Shown piece by piece: positions 34,561 to 39,831 of a stretch of 39,831 bases of DNA. The stretch covers positions 1 to 39,831 of the forward strand of contig DASQFY010000136.1 of assembly GCA_035632895.1 (NCBI GenBank). Reading direction: 5' to 3'. The notes beneath the pieces were generated by a model, which searched no databases, was not told where the DNA came from, and saw nothing but the letters and a program-made list of their open reading frames with translations. This DNA is from Candidatus Dormiibacterota bacterium (GTDB lineage Bacteria; Chloroflexota; Limnocylindria; QHBO01). The stretch's first letter is position 1. The number at the start of each line of letters is the position of its first letter. Made by a program: the position numbers and the translations under genes.

Positions 34561-34881
34561 ATGCCGCCGATGCATCCCTTCGTGCGCGATCTGGTGATTG
34601 GCGCTGTCGGCCTGCTGATCGCAGGCGGGCTCTCGGCCATGGCCCTGTTGGGCGGCGACTCGGGCGTCTCGGTCGCGGCGATGCTCGCCGCCGGCCTGGT
34701 CGCCAGCGCGGTCGGGGTCTTTCTGTTCGTCGAGTCGTGGGTCTGGTCGCAGCGCACCTACCGCCGTGGGTCGACCGGTCGCGCGATCGCGATCGCCATG
34801 GCAGGCGGGTTCATGATCCTGCTGACCGCCGTTGCGCTGGCGGCATCGGTCGTCTTGGTCCTGCTCTTCTACCTGGGCTGA
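34561..34881 (+). CDS. Hypothetical four-TM small membrane protein
   Basis: Four hydrophobic segments and high GC3. Lies 19 nt downstream of the Moco oxidoreductase gene. Confidence 0.55.
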   Translation: MPPMHPFVRDLVIGAVGLLIAGGLSAMALLGGDSGVSVAAMLAAGLVASAVGVFLFVESWVWSQRTYRRGSTGRAIAIAMAGGFMILLTAVALAASVVLVLLFYLG

Positions 34882-34903
34882 GGCCGTACCATCTGGTCGC
34901 CGC

Positions 34904-34980
34904 GCCCCCATCGTCTAGAGGCCTAGGACGCCACCCTTTCAAGGTGGAGATCACCGGTTCGAATCCGGTTGGGGGCACCA
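34904..34980 (+). tRNA. tRNA-Glu (anticodon UUC), CCA encoded
   Basis: Manual cloverleaf: acceptor GCCCCCA/TGGGGGC, D stem GTCT/GGAC, anticodon stem CCACC/GGTGG with loop CTTTCAA (TTC at 34938-34940), T arm ACCGG-TTCGAAT-CCGGT, and a 3' ACCA. Confidence 0.95.
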
Positions 34981-34992
34981 CAACCCGCCCGC

Positions 34993-35172
34993 TCAGACAT
35001 GGTTGATCTCGACCCGGTCGCCGCAGTCGGGGCAATAGAGCAGGAGCAGCTTCGGGTCGTCGCGGTCCGGGCGCCAGGAATAGACGTCCTGCTCGGTCAG
35101 CCGCTCACCACAGTGCGGGCACTCGACGCCGATCTCCAGCCACTGGTCGCGCGGCACATTCTGGCGACCCAT
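34993..35172 (-). CDS. Zinc-ribbon mini-protein (59 aa, CPHC...CPDC)
   Basis: Below the ORF-track cutoff. Translation: MGRQNVPRDQWLEIGVECPHCGERLTEQDVYSWRPDRDDPKLLLLYCPDCGDRVEINHV. The ATG overlaps the upstream TGA by 1 nt. High GC3. Confidence 0.6.
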   Translation of the reverse strand: MGRQNVPRDQWLEIGVECPHCGERLTEQDVYSWRPDRDDPKLLLLYCPDCGDRVEINHV

Positions 35173-35675
35173 CAGCCCGGCGGCTCTTCGGCCTCGGCCA
35201 CGGGGCTCGCATCCGGGGCCTCCTCGCGGGGCGGAGGCGGCGGCGCCCAGCCAGGCTTGCCAACCGGGTTGGTCGGGGAGGGCCCATCGGTCGCGTTCGA
35301 TCCATCGGCTGCGATGATGGCGGCTCGAGTCTGTTCGGCCTTGGCCGATGGTTGGAGCAGCGGATACGCCCGCGCGGCGTGGCCCGGCCAGATGCCGACA
35401 TCTCCGTCGCGGATCATGACGGAGACCTTCGTGAAGGCTCCGGTCACGTCGCGGACCGAGCGGTCCAGCACCTGGTAGTCGCGTCCAGTCACCTGCCGCA
35501 GTGCCCGCGGCAGGGTCTCGACCAGGGAGTTGGGCCGGGGATCCGCCTCCAGCGCCTGCCGGACCGCCGCCACGACCTGTTCGTCCAGCAGGCCGCGGGG
35601 CAGCGGGCGGCTGATGTGGGCCATGACCGGATCCTGCGACGGGCCTCGGAGGGTGCGGATCAGGGACTTGATCAT
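35172..35675 (-). CDS. Hypothetical protein with a Pro-rich acidic C-terminus
   Basis: ORF trimmed to ATG 35673-35675 (MIKSLIRTLRGPSQDP...). I recognise no family. Confidence 0.55.
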   Translation of the reverse strand: MIKSLIRTLRGPSQDPVMAHISRPLPRGLLDEQVVAAVRQALEADPRPNSLVETLPRALRQVTGRDYQVLDRSVRDVTGAFTKVSVMIRDGDVGIWPGHAARAYPLLQPSAKAEQTRAAIIAADGSNATDGPSPTNPVGKPGWAPPPPPREEAPDASPVAEAEEPPG

Positions 35676-35824
35676 CGGGTGAGCGATTGTAGCGTTCCGG
35701 GCGCGTGGGGCCGGCGTTGATATACTGGGCGCCCCGTGAGGCATGCCCCTACTCGCGCAGCCTGAAACACGATCGCGCTCCGGCGCGTCACGCCAACAGC
35801 CCGTCAAGGAGAGACCCGATCAGC

Positions 35825-36697
35825 GTGCGCGTCAGAAAGGCCGTCCTGCCGGCGGCCGGCTTCGGAACCCGCTTCCTTCCGGCGACCAAGGCGATCCCCA
35901 AGGAGATGATGCCGCTGGTCGACCGACCGATCATCCAGTACGCGGTGGAGGAGGCGGTCGCCTCGGGGATCGAGCAGATCATCATCGTCATCGCCTCGGG
36001 GCGGAGCACGATCGAGGACCACTTCGACGCAAACCCAACCCTCGAGCGCTGGCTGGAGGAGCGCGGCGACATCGAGATGCTGCGGGCCGTGCGGCGCATC
36101 ACCGAGGTCAGCCCCATCGCCTTCGTCCATCAGAAGGAGCAGCTGGGGCTGGGACACGCGGTGCTGATGGCCAAGGAGCTGGTCGGGGACGAACCGTTCG
36201 CCGTCCTGCTCTCCGATGACGTCATGCTCAACCCAGGCGGCGCCCCGGTCCTCCGACAGCTGATCGAGCAGCACGCGGCGCATCGGGGCAGCGTGGTTGC
36301 GGTCCAGCGCGTCCAGCGCCAGGACGTGGTCCGCTACGGCATCCTGCGGCCGGTGCACTCGGAGGGGCGGCTGGTGGAGATCGGCGACCTGGTCGAGAAA
36401 CCGACGGAGGAGGACGCGCCGTCGGACCTGGCCGTGCTCGGTCGCTACGTGCTGACCCCGAAGATCTTCGACATGCTGGAGACGACCCCACGCGGCGCAG
36501 GCGGCGAGATCCAGCTGACCGATGCGATTCGGGCGCTGATTGACGAGCAGCCGGTCTTCGGCTACCAGTTCGAGGGGCAGCGCCACGACGCAGGCACGCG
36601 CATCGGCTGGCTCAACGCCACCGTCTCGATGGCGCTCGAGTCCGAGGACGCCGACGAGTTCCGCACCTACGTGCGCGGATTGGACCTGCGAGACTGA
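35825..36697 (+). CDS. galU: UTP--glucose-1-phosphate uridylyltransferase
   Basis: KAVLPAAGFGTRFLPATKAIPKEMMPLVDRP signature. GTG 35825 has AAGGAGAG upstream. Confidence 0.9.
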   Translation: MRVRKAVLPAAGFGTRFLPATKAIPKEMMPLVDRPIIQYAVEEAVASGIEQIIIVIASGRSTIEDHFDANPTLERWLEERGDIEMLRAVRRITEVSPIAFVHQKEQLGLGHAVLMAKELVGDEPFAVLLSDDVMLNPGGAPVLRQLIEQHAAHRGSVVAVQRVQRQDVVRYGILRPVHSEGRLVEIGDLVEKPTEEDAPSDLAVLGRYVLTPKIFDMLETTPRGAGGEIQLTDAIRALIDEQPVFGYQFEGQRHDAGTRIGWLNATVSMALESEDADEFRTYVRGLDLRD

Positions 36698-36698
36698 A

Positions 36699-38363
36699 AT
36701 GGAGATGATCGGCCGACTGATCGGCGGGCGCTACCGGCTCATCGCGCCCCTGGGCGAAGGCGGGATGGCCACCTTGTGGCGGGCCGTCGACGAGCAGCTC
36801 GACCGCGAGGTGGCGGTCAAGATCCTGCGCGAGCAGTTCGGCAGTGATGCGGGTTTCGCGGCCCGCTTCAAGCAGGAGGCCCGATCGGCCGGGTCGCTGT
36901 CGCATCCGAACATCGTGCCCGTCTACGACTACGGGACCGATGGCACCGATGGCATCCAGTTCATCGTCATGCAGCTGATCGAGGGCGAGGACCTGGCGAC
37001 CATCCTGCGGGAGCGGACCGCCCTCGAGACCGATGACGCCGTCCGAGTGGCGATCGGGGTCGCCTCCGCCCTGGAGGCGGCCCACCGACGCGGCATCGTG
37101 CATCGCGACGTGAAGCCCGGAAACATCCTGATCACCGATGACGGCGACGTGAAGGTGACCGACTTCGGGATCGCGCGTGCCGTCAGCGAGGCGTCGATGA
37201 CGGTCACCGGCACCACCCTCGGCTCGGTCCACTACTTCAGCCCCGAGCAGGCCCGCGGCGACGAGGTGACCGGCGCATCGGACGTGTATGCGCTGGGCAT
37301 CGTCCTGTACGAGATGCTGACCGGGCGCCGTCCGTTCGAGGGCGACTCGGCGGCCGGCGTCGCCCTCAAGCGTCTGACCGAGGACCCGAAGCCGCCGACC
37401 GTCCACCGGCCGGTGCCGGCCGGCCTGTCGGCGATCGTGATGCGCGCCCTGGAGCGAGACCCCGCGCGCCGCTTCCCGGACGCCGGCTCGTTCGCCGAGG
37501 CGCTGCGCGTCTGGCAGCGTGACCCCGCCGCCGGCGCGGCCGCCGCAGCCGCAGCCGGGGGAGCCGGTGCCGCCGGAGTGGCGGCAGCTGCCGGGTCCCC
37601 CCCGCCGCCCGCCGCTCCCATCCCTCCGGCCGGCGAGCCGACCGTCTACGTCCCGCCACGCGTCGCCCGTCCCTCCGACCGAGCGCCGATGAGCCCGGCC
37701 GGCCCACCGCGCCGGCCACCGGCCCGCTACGACGAGCAAGAGGGCCAGTCGTGGTGGGTCTGGCTGCTGGCCCTGCTGGCCGTGATCCTCCTCGGCGCGA
37801 TCGGCTTCCTGGGGGCGCAGATCATCGGTGGCCTGGGGCCGAACGGCACCCCGCAGCCCTCGGCCGAGGAGTTCGCGCTGCCGAACTGGGAGGGAGAGCT
37901 GATCACCGTCGTCGAAGCCCGCGCCGACGCTTTGGGCCTCGACATCACCCAGGTCGACCAGGCCTCGGACGAGGTCGAGGAGAACCGCGTGATCTCGACC
38001 GATCCCGAGGCTGGCACGCCGGTGTCAGAGGGCGACACGATCACTGTCGCCGTCAGCAGCGGGGCCGGCACCGTGCCGGTGCCGAACCTCATCGGCCAAA
38101 CGCGCGATGAGGCGACTCGGAACCTGGACCAAGCGGGCCTTCGTCTCGGGCAGGTCGACGAGGAGTTCTCGGATCGCCCTGACGGAACGGTGATCCGGAC
38201 CTTCCCGGCGGCCGGGGTGGACGTGGAGCCGGATAGCGAGGTCAGCCTCGTGCTCTCCCGCGGCGCATCGCCGTCGCCGATCCCGTCGCCGACGCAGGTC
38301 CCGACGCCCGTGCCGACGCCGGTCCCGACCGCTGCGCCGACGGCGACGCCCCAGCCCACCTAG
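36699..38363 (+). CDS. Ser/Thr protein kinase with a TM helix and two extracellular PASTA domains (PknB-like)
   Basis: GEGGMATLW, VAVKIL, HRDVKPGNIL, DFGIA and SPEQ kinase motifs. TM helix WWVWLLALLAVILLGAIGFLG. Two PASTA-like repeats, LPNWEGELITVVEA... and VPNLIGQTRDEATR... Confidence 0.9.
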   Translation: MEMIGRLIGGRYRLIAPLGEGGMATLWRAVDEQLDREVAVKILREQFGSDAGFAARFKQEARSAGSLSHPNIVPVYDYGTDGTDGIQFIVMQLIEGEDLATILRERTALETDDAVRVAIGVASALEAAHRRGIVHRDVKPGNILITDDGDVKVTDFGIARAVSEASMTVTGTTLGSVHYFSPEQARGDEVTGASDVYALGIVLYEMLTGRRPFEGDSAAGVALKRLTEDPKPPTVHRPVPAGLSAIVMRALERDPARRFPDAGSFAEALRVWQRDPAAGAAAAAAAGGAGAAGVAAAAGSPPPPAAPIPPAGEPTVYVPPRVARPSDRAPMSPAGPPRRPPARYDEQEGQSWWVWLLALLAVILLGAIGFLGAQIIGGLGPNGTPQPSAEEFALPNWEGELITVVEARADALGLDITQVDQASDEVEENRVISTDPEAGTPVSEGDTITVAVSSGAGTVPVPNLIGQTRDEATRNLDQAGLRLGQVDEEFSDRPDGTVIRTFPAAGVDVEPDSEVSLVLSRGASPSPIPSPTQVPTPVPTPVPTAAPTATPQPT

Positions 38364-38449
38364 GCCAGCGCATCGGTCCAGCGGCATGGTTGGTGCTAGC
38401 ATCGGCGCCATTGACCATCCCTGACCCGAGGAGGTCCGACAAGCCAACG

Positions 38450-38776
38450 ATGTTTGCCCCGATGACGATCGACGATTCGACGTTTGAGGCGCAGGTGCTG
38501 AACTCCGAAAAGCCGGTCCTCGTCGACTTCTGGGCCCCGTGGTGCGGCCCTTGCCGCCTTGTCTCACCGGTCGTCGAGTCGCTCGGCGAGGCGCACGCCG
38601 ACAAGATCAACGTTGCCAAGGTCAACACCGACGAGAACCAGCAGCTGGCGATGCGCTACAGCATCTTCAGCATCCCGACCCTGATCGTCTTCAAGGACGG
38701 CCGCGAGGCCGCCCGACTGGTCGGCTACATGCCGCAGGAGGCGATGGAGGATCGCCTGCGCGACTTCCTGGCCTAG
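38450..38776 (+). CDS. trxA: Thioredoxin
   Basis: DFWAPWCGPC active site and IPTLIVFKDG. The start is placed at ATG 38450, downstream of GAGGAGG; ATG 38462 is also possible. Confidence 0.9.
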   Translation: MFAPMTIDDSTFEAQVLNSEKPVLVDFWAPWCGPCRLVSPVVESLGEAHADKINVAKVNTDENQQLAMRYSIFSIPTLIVFKDGREAARLVGYMPQEAMEDRLRDFLA

Positions 38777-38870
38777 GACTCCCGTTCGGTGCGGGCACGC
38801 ACCACTTGCGGCCGCACTCGGTCGACAGCCGTTACACTCCCAGCCGATTGGGAGGAGGGCTGCCCGCGCC

Positions 38871-39431
38871 GTGATCATCAAGACCGAACGCCGATCTGGC
38901 GGCGAGCGCCGCACGGGGTCCGACCCCTTCGGGTCCGATCGGCGCGCGGGCGATCGCCGCACGATGTGCTGGGAGGTCGAGAACTGCTCGCTCACCATCC
39001 GGTACCGCTGCCCTGCCTTCATCCTGCGCCGCCCATGCTGGGAGCTCTGGGCCGTCGAGGGCGTTGGCCCGGCGCGAGCGTGCTGCCACAACGAGATCGA
39101 CTGCGAGCCCGGGCGCTGCGTGATCGCCGAGAAGCGCTTCGCGGGCAGCGCCGAGCCGCTGACGGTTCACGTCGGCCGTCGCGGGATGCCGCTGGGCTAC
39201 TCGCGACCGCGGCGGCACTCCTGCCCGCATTTCTTCCTGACCCAGGGCGCGAAGGGGCGCGTGCCGATCGAGGCGCCCCAACTGCTGCGCACGCTCATGA
39301 AGCAGGAGGGAGTCGTCTCCCGCTGCGAGCTGCGCGCCGGCGTGCATCTCGACTCCGGCTACGTGACCGACCTTTGCCTCACCGGCCAGTTCCACGACTG
39401 CGTCTTCTACGAGGACGACCAGGGCGCCTGA
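38871..39431 (+). CDS. Cys-rich protein with a two-CW-like module (CWEVENC...CPAF...CWELW...CC...C...C) and an Arg-rich N-terminus
   Basis: GGAGGAGG lies 13 nt upstream of GTG 38871. GC3 is very high. There are 13 Cys in 186 aa. The two-CW assignment comes from memory of the motif only. Confidence 0.6.
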   Translation: MIIKTERRSGGERRTGSDPFGSDRRAGDRRTMCWEVENCSLTIRYRCPAFILRRPCWELWAVEGVGPARACCHNEIDCEPGRCVIAEKRFAGSAEPLTVHVGRRGMPLGYSRPRRHSCPHFFLTQGAKGRVPIEAPQLLRTLMKQEGVVSRCELRAGVHLDSGYVTDLCLTGQFHDCVFYEDDQGA

Positions 39432-39444
39432 TCGGACCCGACGA

Positions 39445-39831
39445 ATGACGGCGCCTCCGCTCGGCTACGACCAGGCGGTCGACGCGCTCCGGTCGCGCGG
39501 ACGGTTCGGGATCAGCCTGGGCCTGGAGCGGATCACGGCGCTGCTCGAGGAGCTGGGCCACCCAGAGCGGCAGCTGCACGGCGCGCTCATCGGCGGCACC
39601 AACGGCAAGGGAAGCGTCGTCGCGCTCGCGCTCGCGGCTCTCGGAGCCGCGGGCCTGCGTATCGGCACAATGCCGAAGCCGCACCTGGTCAGCTACCGCG
39701 AACGAATCGCGATCGATGGCAGGCCCCTTCGTCGCGACCGCTTTGCCGCTGCGGTGGCGTCGGTGCTCCCGGCGGTGGACGCTGTCGCCGGGCGGCTGGG
39801 CCCGCCAACCGAGTTCGAGGTGCTCACCGCC
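39445..39831 (+). CDS. folC: Folylpolyglutamate synthase/dihydrofolate synthase, N-terminal fragment (runs off the window)
   Basis: Absent from the ORF track because it is open-ended. My translation: MTAPPLGYDQAVDALRSRGRFGISLGLERITALLEELGHPE...LIGGTNGKGSV...PKPHLVSYRERI. Confidence 0.85.
   Translation, partial: MTAPPLGYDQAVDALRSRGRFGISLGLERITALLEELGHPERQLHGALIGGTNGKGSVVALALAALGAAGLRIGTMPKPHLVSYRERIAIDGRPLRRDRFAAAVASVLPAVDAVAGRLGPPTEFEVLTA

Noticed and set aside
34904-35700. tRNA-Glu as an integration site for a genomic island.
   Set aside because: I noticed no integrase, no recombinase and no direct repeat of the tRNA 3' end downstream. The flanking genes have the same GC and codon character as the rest of the window.
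38777-38870. Hairpins GGTGCG-GGCA-CGCACC and CTCCCA-GCCGAT-TGGGAG after trxA, considered as a terminator or riboregulator.
   Set aside because: The stems are short and have no U-tract. The second hairpin overlaps the SD of the downstream gene, so it may matter for translation, but the evidence is too thin to call.

Overview
The window is a very GC-rich bacterial chromosomal segment; third codon positions are almost always G/C. The gene content looks monoderm (PASTA Ser/Thr kinase, Ku, PIG-L/LmbE deacetylase, many lipobox lipoproteins), which suggests a Chloroflexota- or Actinomycetota-like lineage, but I cannot prove that from the sequence. All product calls rest on motifs I read in the translations, not on any database search.

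I can support 42 CDS, one tRNA-Glu(UUC), one TPP riboswitch and one intergenic tandem hairpin repeat. Six of these CDS are missing from, or truncated in, the ORF track:
- two partial genes at the window edges;
- three proteins under 60 aa;
- one ATPase whose Walker A lies upstream of the listed start.

I saw no CRISPR array, transposase, integrase or rRNA. Most of the long Arg/Gly/Pro-rich ORFs in the track are antisense or out-of-frame shadows of real genes.

Gene content, left to right:
- GltD-like oxidoreductase, lipoprotein PBP, PIG-L deacetylase, and a YhaO/YhaN (SbcCD-like) pair;
- two tiny membrane proteins, Bcp, and an alpha/beta-fold protein;
- a TPP-riboswitch-controlled thiN-ykoE-ykoD-ykoC thiamine salvage operon;
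- an M23 peptidase with a beta-propeller protein;
- a giant HTH-4xGAF-GGDEF-degenerate-HD-GYP protein;
- a translationally coupled cax-WYL-CYTH-Wzy/TPR chain;
- ku followed by a catalytically dead ligase-domain paralog;
- a receiver domain, OsmC, a NERD-like protein, and a lipoprotein-ligase-methyltransferase-unknown operon;
- a Moco oxidoreductase, tRNA-Glu, galU, a PASTA kinase, trxA, a Cys-rich two-CW-like protein, and folC.

The candidates I consider most worth follow-up are:
- the Ku plus pseudo-ligase pair;
- the WYL-CYTH-Wzy/TPR cassette;
- the 72-bp periodic hairpin repeats at 33.68-33.85 kb;
- the multi-GAF c-di-GMP protein with an excisionase-type HTH;
- the membrane-inserted SMC-like ATPase.

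None of these can be called a new system from the sequence alone.
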